Source: Dipteris shenzhenensis (Eukaryota). Taken from it: a stretch of DNA of 64,000 nucleotides. Both the position numbers and the translations under genes were made by a program. The DNA is taken from assembly GCA_047967505.1 (NCBI GenBank), contig CM106538.1; one strand, 5' to 3'. Positions 1 to 12,700 of this stretch are shown here, in pieces (the stretch's first letter is position 1; the number at the start of each line of letters is the position of its first letter). The notes under the pieces are model-generated. The model did no database searches and had not been told where the DNA came from. It saw only the letters and a program-made list of their open reading frames with translations.

Positions 1-1167
1 ATTGGAATGAGTTGGATGCATTAGCAAAGTCTACTATTAGACTTCGTCTTGAAGAGTTAGTTTACTTCACAGTAGTAAATGAGCAGACTATGGAAGATTT
101 GTGGAAGAAATTATGTATCACTTATGAGAAGGAAACTATCTCTAATAAAGTTTACCTCATGAAGAGATTGTTTAAGCTGTAGATGAAGGAAAGGATCTCC
201 ATTGATTTTCTCATTTGAATGAATTCAATATTATTTTCAGCGAGATTTAGGCTCAGAAGATGAATTTTGATGCAGAGACTAAAACAACATTCTTCTTGTG
301 TTCACATTGTCATCCTCAAGGGATATCTTCTGTACAACTGTCATCAGTAACTTTGCATCTGGTGGAGTACTAAAGTTTGATGATGTTGTGGGTAGCTTGT
401 TAGCCGAGGATATTAGATGGAATTATATGGATGGCAATAAGTAGGATGTAGCCTTAAATGTGCAAAGGGGCATATCACAGTTCAGGAGAAAGTCCCAAGC
501 AAGAGGGAAGTCTCATAGCAAATCCAAGGAATGGGGATCTGCATAAGAAAATTTACATGGAACAATCAAAAGGCTTTGAAAAGGGTAAAGAGAATTTGGT
601 TTGTAAGATGAAAAAGAGTCTCTATGGCCTAAGCAAGCACCTAGATAATAGTATCAAAAGTTTGATGCTTTCTTTTGGTCCCAAGGTTTCAAAAGAAGTG
701 AGATTGATCACTGCCTCCACACTAAAAGAGCTAAGGATAATAGCCTGATACTTTTTGCACTTTATGTGGATGATATGCTATTGGCTAGCAAGAACACTTA
801 TCAGCTAGATCCATTGAAGGACAAGTTGCATGAGACCTTAGACATGAAGGATTTGGGACTTGCAGGTTATATTCTTGGTATATGCGTCACACGTGACCGG
901 AGTAGGAAACTCCTTTGGCTTTCATAGAAGGAGTATGCTACAAAAGTATTGCAGCATTTCAATATGGAGGGGGGGAAGGATGTAGTTACTCCATTGCCTC
1001 CATATGTAAAACTGAGTTAGCCAAATAGTCCCAAATCAGATGAGAAGAGGGCCATGATGGCCAATGATAGCTACTAGAACGGACATTGCATTTGCAGTGG
1101 GAGTTCTTAGTTGGTATGGCTAATTCAGGAAAGAGGCATTGGGAGGCAGAAGTGCATCATGAGGTAC
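1..1167 (+). mobile_element. Decayed, internally deleted Ty1/Copia fragment (gag fused to RT), same family as the 19982-26177 element
   Basis: Colinear with the reverse complement of about 24135-23580 and then about 21405-20707; many stops; YVDD motif near 764-775. Confidence 0.9.
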
Positions 1168-1320
1168 CAGGGATGTTTTCATCGAAGGTATAGAAATATA
1201 GTATTATAATATCATGGGAAAATTTTTAATAGATTATTTTTCAAAGTTTCAAAGCATTGGCGAATTCCAGCTTTTTCTAGAATTTTTGTTTCAAATTTTG
1301 GCGAGATATTATTGACCTAA
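1168..1320 (+). mobile_element. Terminal fragment of a hAT-family non-autonomous element
   Basis: Begins CAGGGATGTTTTCATCGAAG, matching the TIR of the complete copy at 37622-37917; truncates the Copia fragment exactly. Confidence 0.7.
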
Positions 1321-1999
1321 TGAGTGACTATCATGAGATTGAAACTGCACTATGTTGTCTTTTAGAGTATTAGTTTGGGCATGTTCCTGGATTCATCTAG
1401 ATATATGCTCTTGTGTTCTAGATGGTGCATTCAACTTCTCAAGCATCTGGCTATGCTTTTAGGTCAAACCTGGCATCTGGCTATGCTTTTAGGTCAAACC
1501 TGTGGGATTTGTCACAGTAGGGTCTGACAGGCCTTTTCATTCACATTTTCAGCTTCATATGCTGCTCTTTAACTGCTTTGACTAGCTTTGACCTCGTTTT
1601 GCCTTGCTAGTTAGCCGAGATTGGATTACTCCCAATTATTCGATGAGGCTTAGGGATCGACCTCAAGTTTTGATGCCAAACGTTGGAAATCAGGATGCAA
1701 ACATGCCATGCTTGGATGCCATTGTGAGAAGATTTGCATGCAAACAAATGGATTAGAAACTTGTAATGGCAGCTGATAATAAGAAAATGAATTATATACA
1801 AGATGTACAACACTCTATTGTAAAACAAGGCTCACTAAGATGGCAGACCAGACATCATATGCAATGGGTTTGTAGATATAGATTATGGATGTGGTGGTAG
1901 CTTAAGACGAGAGCACCTTAACCTTGCCAAAATCTGATCCCAAATGAGGGGTTTGGGGCCTTTTAGGTCGGACTTGTCAATGTGTTGACTTTTAAGTCA

Positions 2000-2650
2000 T
2001 CATCTGTTGACTTATGTAATGTTTGGCTGCTGCTGTAATTGCTATATCTGTGGGCTGTAGTGCTGCAGAGCTACGAGTAAAGGCAGCCATGCCATGGGCT
2101 GTAAATGCCCGGTTCATCCACTGAAGGTGGAACCAGGGTTGATGAAAAGCCTCCTTATATGCAAAAATGAGGTGTGGATAATATGCAACAAGACATGTCG
2201 ACCCAAGGTGCTCCAGTATTTGAACTTGACTATGTACAAGCACTAGCGATTCTTGGTACCTTTCTTGAAGCGATGAAGGAACATCAAAAATAGCTTAACC
2301 ACCTTTGCCTAGCTGAAAATCTCTAAATGCTCCACATTTGGGACTACTGTTAGTGCTGGGCACACATACAGCTTGAGCCAGGACACATGGAACTTTAGAT
2401 ACATGGTCCATGTCATAGGTTATGCAATGTGTAAAGACAAGTGGTTGTATGTTTCTGTTTGGTTATCAGACTGAGGGTGAAAGTTGTTGGAAAATTTGAG
2501 CTTGGTACCAAGGTGTTAAAAAGAGCTCTCCAAAAGTGATTGGTGAATTCGGAGTCTCAATTAGATACAATAGCACAAGGAATGCCACAGATTGAATACC
2601 ATCGGAGAAATAAATAGCCAGGTTGTATCTCGTGAAGTTTTGATCCATGT
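2000..2650 (-). mobile_element. Degenerate Ty3/Gypsy integrase fragment
   Basis: Minus-strand translation includes IPCAIVSN*DSEFTNHFWRALFNTL, resembling the IVSDRDPRFTSHFW integrase core. Confidence 0.6.
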
Positions 2651-2855
2651 TGCGGCTTGTCGATATTGTGATACATTCTTTCTATCTAACATTCTTTCTA
2701 TGTAAAGTGGCGTGTTGCCCTATCAGCTAGAGTGTCTAAGCATGTTTTTATGTGATGCTCCTTTGGGATAGACTAAAATGAAATTGTATAGTCTTCACAA
2801 GCAGTTGTAGCTCGAATGAAGAGAATGTGGACTACTTTTTAATTAGCCTTATCCT

Positions 2856-3152
2856 TTAGTGCTAGCCTTTGTCACGGCTGAGTCTGCCTTCACCTCCATA
2901 GTGCTGACAAAAATTCATTACGAAGAACTTTGTATAAATGGATGCTCAAGTATGTGTGGGTACGTGGATTTGCTTGTGTGAGAGCATATGTTTATAGCAT
3001 GGTCTACACCCACCATTGTGCGCTGATGACAACATTGGGGATGTCATAGTAGTCCCTGCTATGCGTGATGGAATTTATGGTTTTCAACCTTTTGAGTGAC
3101 TATTATGAGATTGAAACTGCGAGTTTGGGCATGTTCCTAGATTCATCTAGGT
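2856..3152. repeat. Dispersed repeat of unknown TE family
   Basis: 2856-2972 matches 56188-56306; 3003-3152 matches 5908-6085 and partly 1321-1405; reverse copies near 13618-13655 and 13790-13869. Confidence 0.7.
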
Positions 3153-3479
3153 ATGGGTTGTATCTTGTGCATCAATGGTACTTTGGCATGGAATAAGCAT
3201 GATGAAATTGCTAAACTGGTTCACAATGATTGGGCTCATGGTGTTCCTAGAACCAGTGGCTGGTGGAAGGTTTATCACAAAATCGATGCTAGTCTATTCG
3301 AAAGAACGATCAGGGATCTCAAGGGGCTGGAGAAAGCAACTTCCCATGAGGAACCTTCACCTTTTGGCACACCTGAATGGAAAACGCGCCCACTGGAGTA
3401 GGCTGGAATGCCCAGAGACTGAACTGATTGCTGCACCTCCCCCCCCCCCCCCCCCCAAAAAAAAAAAAGGGGGGGGGCT

Positions 3480-4163
3480 CTTTTATAGGGCTAGGTAAGC
3501 CCCTATACTTGCTGACCAAGGGGGGCTAGGTAAGCCCCTAGACTGGATCGACCCAGTCCTCCAACCAACCAACCTGCCACAGACCAGCCAACTTGGTCTG
3601 TGGATCTGCCAACCTGCTGCTGGCTTCTTCTGCTGGCCTATAGAAGGTCTACTGCTGGCATCTTATGCTGGCTGTCTGCCAGTACACCTGCCCTTTCCCA
3701 AAACCTAACCAGGCCTTTCGCTGCTACTTTATCACCTTTGTGTGCTGCCTCTGCTGGCCTCTTCTTGCCCTGCAACAGCCTAGCAACTTGTCTATCTTTG
3801 TTAGCTCCTGCACAGTCCTGCATAACAGCCACACGATAGATCCATGAGCCTTGTGAATGCTCCAAGAAGACATGCAGCTGTCACTGTACAGCCTGTACCT
3901 CACCTCCTGTTCTTGCTGCATGCACTCACAGGTTTGCCCTCTTCCAGAGCTTTTGCCTGCCTCTAAAAGTGGACTATGTGGCATCCCACATGGCAGTCTA
4001 CAGTGCTACCCACGTGGATGTCCTGCGAATGTTTCCCTCCACCTAGATCTACCCATGTGCATCCAAATTTGATGCTCACATAGTAGACTCTCATGGGACC
4101 ATGTCCTTGTGCTCTCTTCATTTGGGGGCTTACAGGTGGGACAACGGACCCTAATTTCCAGCA
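3480..4163 (-). mobile_element. LTR fragment related to the 58334 LTR
   Basis: Reverse complement starts TGCTGGAAA...CCCACCTGTAAGCCCCCAAATGAAGAGAGCA versus TGTTGGAAA...CCCATCTGTAAGCTCCCAAATGAGGAGAGCA at 58334. Confidence 0.55.
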
Positions 4164-6735
4164 TGCAATAGTCCACACGCATCCTAGCTGAACTATCCCT
4201 TTTTTTAATGAAAAGTACAGGGGCTGTGTATGGAGAATTACTTGCATGTAGATATTTTGGACCTCACAGTCATACAAAAACACTGCATAAATCATGTCTA
4301 AAAAATGACCATATTTGTCTTGATTTACTTGCTGGAACCTTAGCTGGAACTTGGGTTATGTGGATTGTACGGACATCTGGCCAATTGTCATGATGAGGGA
4401 ATGGAGGATCCACCTTGTCATTTTATCTTTAAGTTCAATTTTAAGTGAACAGAAGAGAAACAGAAATGGTGTTGCCCCCGTTGGAAGAACTTGAAGCAGG
4501 GCATTCATTTGATCTGCTTTCATTGAAGATGTGGCTGGTGTAGTAGCAGTGGTAGCATTTCATCGACTTGGTCCACATAATTGGCTTCTTTCTTCAACTT
4601 TTTGGCCTGGTATGCTGTTTGCATCATAGTATTTGACCAGTGCTTCAATTATTGGCAAGCTAGGCTCCTCTTTTGTCATGCCAGATCAAGAACTCTTTCC
4701 ATCTATTGAATCCCTATTTCTTACATTGTATAATAACATCGTTAGGTGTGTTGGACCTATGACTTCTTGTCAGCTGCTCTTTGCTGGATGGTCAATGAGA
4801 CCTATGATTTGGAGGAACCATTCATAGGGCTTCAAAAAAACCATCTGATAATCTTTGGATCCTGGGTCCAATGTGTTCTTAGGCTTAAGTCCAGAAGTTT
4901 CTCTCTTGCCATGGAAACACACAGCTCACATTTATGTGGCAATTTGGACTGAGGATACATTATTATAGAAGCATCCTTTTAAACATACATGTAGATATTT
5001 TGGACCTTACATGCATATAGAAACAATCCATGAATCAATACTAAAAATGGTCCTGGTTGAGAATCCAGGTGTGCAGACGAGAGGATCCACTAATCTTAAA
5101 TTGAAATTTAAGTTAAAATCAATTGAGACACAAATGGTTTTGCCCATGTCGGAAGAACTTGGGGCATTTCTTCACCTGCATTCATTGATGCTGCAATAGC
5201 AATGGTAGCATTTCATCGACTTGGTCCACATAGTTGGCTTCTTTCTGGCCTGGTATGCTGTATGCCCTAGGCATGCAACTCTATAATCCTTAAATTACCC
5301 TGGTCCCTCATCAAGGCCATAGTATCCCGTTTGTTGGATTCGGTAGTATTGTTATAGTCATGGTGTTCAAGCCTGAATTGGTCAGTTGCATCAGAGCTTA
5401 GAAGCCCACTCTTGAAGTGCTGTAATCCAGCAGATAAGAACCATTTATGTGCATATTGGTAAAGTATAAGTGTCTCACAGTGGCCTTGAGTCCTGCTTCA
5501 AATACAATGAAGTCTATCAGATCTTCCTTATTCAACCTATAAAGTATTGCTTTCTCCTTTCTGAGTTTCTATCGGAAAAATGCTAATGAAACCTTTTAAG
5601 GGCTTGTGGAAGGCAACTCGTTGATTGGTGATAGAGAGAGAAAATGAAACCTTTTTATGGACTTCATGGGACGGGTGAGAAAAGATGACCTGTGTTGTAG
5701 GGTCAGTTGCTCAGTTCCTGGTATGTACAGGCATGTTCAAGACTAGTAGTAAGTCCTGAGATGAAGTTTAATGGCAATGAGAGGCCAGTGGATAGATGTG
5801 TGGGCTCGTTGGCAGGCTGCAGGACTGCAGGGCCTTGGCTGAGTGAGCAGGGGGATCTATTCAAGGAGCTGATCCTCTAGAATAGGATCTTATGTTTATA
5901 CTATGATCTACACCCACCGTTTGGTGCTGATGATGTTGGTGGGGATGTCATAGTACCTAGTCCCTGCTATTCGTAATGGAGGTTATGATTTAAGTTTGAG
6001 TAACTACCATGAGATTGAAACTGCACTATGTGTTGTGTTTTTTGACGATGAGTTTGGGCATGTTCCTGGAGTCATCTAGATATATCTTATAATAGTCTTT
6101 CCACATATTCTTAGTATTAGTGAAAGCTGTGCCAGAGCTGCTTGATCATCTCTGCCCTCCCAATTATATGCCAGGTTATTCAAATGTACCAAGCCAAACG
6201 TATATCCTATTCCAAATGACTCTTCAACTAATTTAAGGGAGGTGAATATCCTTTAGGAACCTTGGGCTCCTTGTTTGGAGTATCAAAGAAATTCAGCAAG
6301 AGGGGATATCCTGAGCATGGTTTTAAACTAGTCCTGTCATTATGATGACCCACAGTCAGCTGCTGTAGCTACCAGAGGCATTTGGGCTTCCAGGAGGACT
6401 GGATGCAGCTGATGGGAATTGGGATGCACCTCATGCAGCACCTCGCTCGCCAATCTTTATCTACGGAAAACCAGGCTAGCCAGCCAGTCACCGAACCAAC
6501 CAGGCGCTAAAGTTGGCTGGACTGGTCAGCAGGCCAACAGATACGATACACAATGCATTTTAGTATTATAATTCTCTCTGGCCTTCTGTTTCATCTATGT
6601 CTCAAGTCTCATTGCAAAGCCTATATCTCAATAAAGGGGGCTTAGATTCATGGGCTCCCAAGGCCTCCATCAAGGTTTGAATCACTGGGAGGGCTTCACA
6701 ACTTCAGTCGCCTGGTGTTTCTCCTACCGTACCGG

Positions 6736-6754
6736 TCAAGCATAGGCAGTTGGT
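6736..6754 (-). CDS. Possible terminal coding exon (PTAYA*)
   Basis: Strong acceptor TTTCTTTTTTTGACAG at 6755; the frame depends on the preceding tentative exon. Confidence 0.35.
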
Positions 6755-9700
6755 CTGTCAAAAAAAGAAAGTAAAACTGTTCCCGAAGCAAATCTCATGC
6801 AAGCTACAGTGTAAAGGTGTTAAAATCTATTCTCTAGAGTGGATTAAGTCAGAGTGGTTGTATATGGAGAGGATGTACCATCTTTGAACACACCATCTTT
6901 GATGTTTCATTGGAAGTCTGCTAATTGTATTCTTTAAAGCTATGACCCCAATGTGAAATAGCTCTTTGATGAAAAGTTTGAGAATAAGATAGAAAGTTCC
7001 TCATAGAGTTTCTGACCATTGGGAGGGCATTAATGCGGTTTATGCTGGACTCATAGTTTGAAAGATAACGTACTTCCTTAGAATCACTTGAGTGACCAGA
7101 AAATGTAAATCTGTACAATTAGAAAGTTTGAAAGGCATACCGCTGTCATTGGTATGAATTTCATGTAGAGTAGGCTCACCATAGAATGTAATGTCAAAAT
7201 TGAACGTCGACTTTCCTTGGTATGATATCAACTGAACTTCAAGTCGTGTAGACTTTGCTTTCTCAAGGTATGGAGTGTCACATTCTAGTGTTTCTGCACT
7301 TTCGTTGAATCTTCCTGGAATCTTTTCAGAATCCCCAAATTTACAAGAGAATGATAAAATGTGCATCAAATTCTCTCCAAACATTGTGACAGTTGTGTAA
7401 CTTTGTGTTGGTAAGATAGTTGGTGAGATATGGCTAATTACAACTGCCTCAGTCGAACCTGTAGATTTGAAAGAAGTCCATTTTGGAATAAGTTAATGTT
7501 TGTAGTTTTTACAAAGAACCAGGTTTTTAGAGATTGCATGTATGGTTATACCTGCACGAGAAATGATCAAATCAAAACATTGGTCACATAATTGCAAGCC
7601 GTGTGTACCAAGGGTTCAAATATTGTGAAGAGCCTTTCAAATTGCAAGGATATACTTTAATGGGGACTCTCGTTAAATAGATGGTGGACTGTGGGAGTGA
7701 GTGGAAAACTCCATGATGAAGACATTGATGGCCCGTCCTACACTCCTCTTGTGGGTGGAAAACTCCATGATGAAGACATTGATGGCCCGTCCTACACTCC
7801 TCTTGTGCTAGCCCTTGATACAATTATGTTTTTCTTGAATAGGGATAGCTTGATTGAATGTTGGCTAACATTGTGCAAGTTATGAGAATGGAGAGTACAT
7901 TCAAGTTGAAGAAAGTTGCATTGCTATTGGAATAAAAAAGATTGTGTGTTAGGGGACTATAAGCCATAGACGGAGATGCTGTTAGAGTGATGCATAAGGC
8001 ATAGAAGCATTTGTGTGTGGGTGTGTGAGTGGGTGGGTGAGTGGAAAAAATAAATGTAGGTTTTAGATGAAAAATGTCATAAAGCTCTAAAGACTTGAGT
8101 TGGATGAATTATTTTAAACCTAAATAAAATTGCTGACCCTTACGAAAATTTACCTTTACTCTAGAAAAAGTGTGCACAGCTACGGAAAAGAAAATGGTAA
8201 TGTAATCAAAGCAAAAAATTCATGATTATCTAGTATACAAAAGCTAGAAAATTGTGCCTCTTATGTATTTTGCATCTCTCACATTCAGTCGTGATATTAA
8301 GAATTTGTCTCATGTTTCTTGATTTTATTTATCACAATATCTTATGTTCCACCCTTAGAAAGGAAAACCAAAGAGAGCCAGTCGAGCATTTATTGTGCAG
8401 GGATATAACTTTTAGAAAGTGATCAATTGGTATGGCGGAAAGAGCTTATATCTCCACTGCCATTCGTATCTCCCCTTCTCCCAAGGACAAATAGCATGGC
8501 CAATTGGGTCTGGGGCGTACACTAGGTCTCTTGCTTACCCCTTACAAAGTTCCTTATTGGTTCGCACGAGCTTAGCACTTGAGGTTGATTATCTAAGCAA
8601 GTCCTAATAGGGGACCAAGTGGACTAAGACGAGTAACCCTTGTTCACAAAGTTGTATTTAGATTGTTTTTTTTCTTTTTCAATTTTGTGTACAGTTAGAT
8701 TTGCTCTCTACATATGGACTCGGATCCTTAACATGGCTACACAAGCTGTGTTGGGATATCTCAAGGTGTATGCCTCAGGCACACCTTGGTTTCTATGTGT
8801 GAGTGCTAGAGGCACAGTTAGGTGCCCACAAGCACAGTTAGGTGGTGGAAGAGCCACATAGGATGATTGAGAGAATCTAGGAGCAGATTGAGGAGATGAT
8901 TGTGGAGCTCTGAAGTCATCAGTGATGTCAGTGAGCATGTATGAGGTGCCTACTTAAGGACCTCACTCTTCTTCATTCTACAAGCAAGCAAGTAATGCAA
9001 GTATTCTGAGTTTGTGTCCACTCTTTGCTTTCCTTTCAGCTTTCCAACATGGTATCAGAGCCCTTTGATCCCCCTTGAGCCCATTTCTGCCACATCATCA
9101 TCTTCTTCTTCATCTTCTTCTTCCCCATCTTCCTCCTTCTTCCCAAAATCTTTGAGAGCTTGGTTCTCTGCCTACAAATGACCATTGTCCAAACCCTCTG
9201 AGCTGGAAACTCCTCTAGTATGGGTGAACTTCCACCTGCAAGTAATTGAAGAAAAAACGTCTGTGGTGGCTGCCATTCCCCAAACAGCGCATTTTTTGCC
9301 ATTTATTCTATTGCTCAATACTCCCTGCGTGCTCCGCCATTGCCTGAGCCCTCTTAGGAGTAGATGGGCGACATCAAGACGAAGATTTTGAGCCATTTTT
9401 CAGGTCATTTGGTTCAGTAACGAGGGAGAAATCGTCAAAACTCAGGTTCAGCCTGTAGCAACTCTCCCGGGCAAAAGTGCGCACCATTTTGTCCAACCTC
9501 TGTGCTGGACCCTCTCTGGTATATGAACGTTCTTTTGCTTCAGAAAGTCCTCTTTTCCTTGCTTTGAAGAGTGAGCTACAAGCCCTCCAAGTTCAGCCTT
9601 TTGGTTTTGACAGTTTTGGACAAGTTTTTGAAGATGATGCTACATAAAATGCTACTCTAGCATTTCTGGTTTTTGAAACTTTCAATAACTTCAGTACAAG

Positions 9701-12700
9701 TGTGGCTTCAGTTTTGTTTTGAATTGCTAGACCTGGTTTTGATTGGAAAGTATTCATTTTAGCCACTTCTATGAAGCATGTAAGAAGAAGCATCATTGAT
9801 TGAATATTGGTCACTAGTCTTTGCTACATCAAGTGCTCATATTTTGGAAGTCTTTCAGTTATTTTTTCCTTGTAAGAGAGATAGACACTGCTCAATATCT
9901 GGGTTAGACCCTCTCATGGCTACCCTATTGAATCTCGAGAAGTTCAATGGAAAGGGCTTCCACACATGGCAGATGAAGGTGAAATTTGCATTGATGAGGG
10001 AGAACTTATGGGGACTTGTCAAACCGACTCCTATCGCTTCTTCTACGGCCTCCAATGCTGGAGAATCCTCAACTCCAACACGACCGGCAAGGGATCCAGC
10101 TAGAGAAGAAAAAGCATACGGTATCATTGCTCTTGCTTTAGGAGATGATTATATTCACCATATCTCTGACTTGAAGTCTCCTTCGGAAGCTTGGCAGAAG
10201 CTTGACATGATTTTTGGTGCTAGTTCTCACATCTCTAAACTATTACTTAAAATCTCTTTCTTTGAATTGAAGATGGCTAGTGGTACTACTTTAGCAGCTC
10301 ATGTCAACTATATGCGGAGTCTTATGACTCAATTAGCTTCTATCAATTCTCCTGTTACTCTAGATGATGCTATGGCAGTGTTACTTAAGAGTATGCCTGA
10401 AGATTATGATCACATTGTTAGCACTTTGAAAGATCTTCCTAATCCTAATCTTGAAGGTATTATCTCTGCTCTCCAAGAAGAAGAAAGGCATATGGAGCTT
10501 AGGAAGGCAATGACACTGCTTATGCTGTAAAGGTCCAGAAGGGCAAGTATACCCCTTGCAATCACTGTGGAAAGACAAATCACCTTTCAAAGGACTGCTT
10601 CAAAATTAATCCATGCAAGCACTGTGGCAAGAACAACCATAATGAGAAGTTTTGCAGAGCCAAAGCAAAGACAGAAAATGCAAATCTACTTACAGTTAAT
10701 GAGCCTCCACAAGATGAGGCATCCTTTGAAGATTATGCATTTTAAACACATCTCTATGTATGCTCCAGATCTCTCTTTTTATGTCAAGGTACTCAGCCTG
10801 GATAGTCCTCCAAAATGAATGAAAATAAACTATTGTGTTTTGTGTGTTTTGTAAACACCTCTGGTCACCTTATGATGTAGGCCATGTGTATGTTTTGTTC
10901 CATGGTACCTCCTGCAGATATTGTGTGCATGTACATGCAGGGGAGATAACCATTGGAAGGTCTTTTTGTATCCCTTTTGTTTACCCATGGGAACCCTTGC
11001 TAGCATGAGAACCTAGCCATAGATTTATCCTTGACCACCATGAGATGGCATGAGAAACTATGAGACTAGATGTATCCTTGACATAGCCTGAGGCATTCCC
11101 TTGAGGGGGGGTTTGTTGGGATATCTCAAGGTGTATGCCTCAGGCACACCTTGGTTTCTATGTGTGAGTGCTAGAGGCACAGTTAGGTGCCCACAAGCAT
11201 AGTTAGGTGGTGGAAGAGCCACATAGGATGATTGAGAGAATCTAGGAGTAGATTGAGGAGATGATTGTGGAGCTCTGAAGTCATCAGTGATGTCAGTGAG
11301 CATGTATGAGGTGCCTACTTAAGGACCTCACTCTTCTTCATTCTACAGGCAAGCAAGTAATGCAAGTATTCTGAGTTTGTGTCCACTCTTTGCTTTCCTT
11401 TCAGCTTTCCAACAAGCTATAGCTTGTTGACTCATTATCACAATTGATAAGGGTGTTATCTGATTTAATTGTGGGCAACATCCCAGTGATTCCTCTCATA
11501 ATGTGATGAGTGTGAGTTTGGCTCAATGAAGGATTTGCACCTAATGCATCATCATTCCTCTTTTTAAGAATCAAATACCATATACCAAGAAATGCTCTCC
11601 TTTTGTAAAGCCTTGATAAATATGTCTATAGAGCATTTGTGCCTACCCTTTTTTGACCTTAAGTGGTACCGAATATTATTGTGCTTAGCCTTGCAATAGT
11701 CCATAAGGTTCTTGGCAAAGCAATAATGGGAATGGAACTATGCTATGCTAATATTACAAAGCATTACCAAGAAATCTCTAAAACGAAATGGGTTCACATA
11801 TTGTTGTATTTGTTGTCATATACTTAGTCTTCATGGAAGAAGAGCAATGGAATTTGGCATTTTGCTCATCATCAATAGATACTTACACTAGTGAGTTAAA
11901 GGTGTGGCTAGTTGTGGACTTGTTAGCCGCCTACCCCTTGCATCTTCAAATTTGGAATTGTTTAAAAAACATCACATAGAATGTTTGATGCATGTAAGGA
12001 TTCTTTTCATCCCCTTCCATTGATTGCTAATTGCTAAAACTCATAGGATGTTAAACAAACCTAATTGCCCACTAGATGGCCGTACAAAGTGATTACCATA
12101 TTTATTTGTTTCTTGATAGCATCCAAATGTTGACTTGTCCCCACGGGAGTGAAAATTATTTTTCCAAGAAGCATTATCATACTTTAGCTTGTTAATGTTA
12201 AGGGCATCAGTGTGTGGCCATGCTTTTATGGTGAAAAAATCAATTTAGTATTCTTAAATTTATCATTTCAAATTCCTTACATAGTGTTGTTTAAGTTGCC
12301 CTATGAGAGCTACATTCAAGCTGTACTAGAGGTACTGCTCGCTTCCTTGTTTATGAAATAGAGTCTCTTTTTCTTAAGACCTCTCAAGTATCAATCTACA
12401 GACAACCCATGAAGTGGTCCTAGAATATATATTGTCTCATTATGGGATCTCTATAGATGAGTTAAAGGTCATGAGGTTTTTGGGAAATACAAGGGAGCCC
12501 TCCCCTTGTTGGTTGCAATAGATATTTGACCTTTAGAATGGTTAATTTGTCCCCTCAAGCCATTGGGAAAATCATGCAATTATTCCATGGATATAGGTCA
12601 TGGATTGTTCAAACAAGATTTTGACATGACAGACTGCCCTAGAACACCTAAGTTGTATTTGGAAATCTTGAGGAGACCACGGTTGAAGATTGGTTAAAGT

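Larger units (their letters stand above)
8749..11414 (+). mobile_element. Non-autonomous gag-only LTR retroelement (TR-GAG type, Copia-derived), 2666 bp
   Basis: 301-bp TG...CA LTRs, TSD AGCTG/AGCTA, PBS TGGTATCAGAGCC at 9050, PPT GAGGGGGGG near 11103, gag present, no pol. Confidence 0.92.

Noticed and set aside
3439-3478. C18-A12-G9 homopolymer hairpin resembling a terminator
   Set aside because: Lies in LTR-like debris; homopolymer expansion is the simpler explanation and bacterial-type terminators are not expected here.
4245-5265. Diverged local duplication (about 4245-4620 vs 4988-5265) as a gene family
   Set aside because: No intact reading frame or splice structure; probably TE remnants of unassignable class.
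7552-7640. Exon ending [17 protein letters not shown] just upstream of the 93-nt segment
   Set aside because: In-frame TGA a few codons upstream and no AG acceptor between that stop and the donor.
10480-10530. Programmed ribosomal frameshift in the gag-only element
   Set aside because: No slippery heptamer is visible and the shifted frame contains a TAG; mutational decay is more likely.
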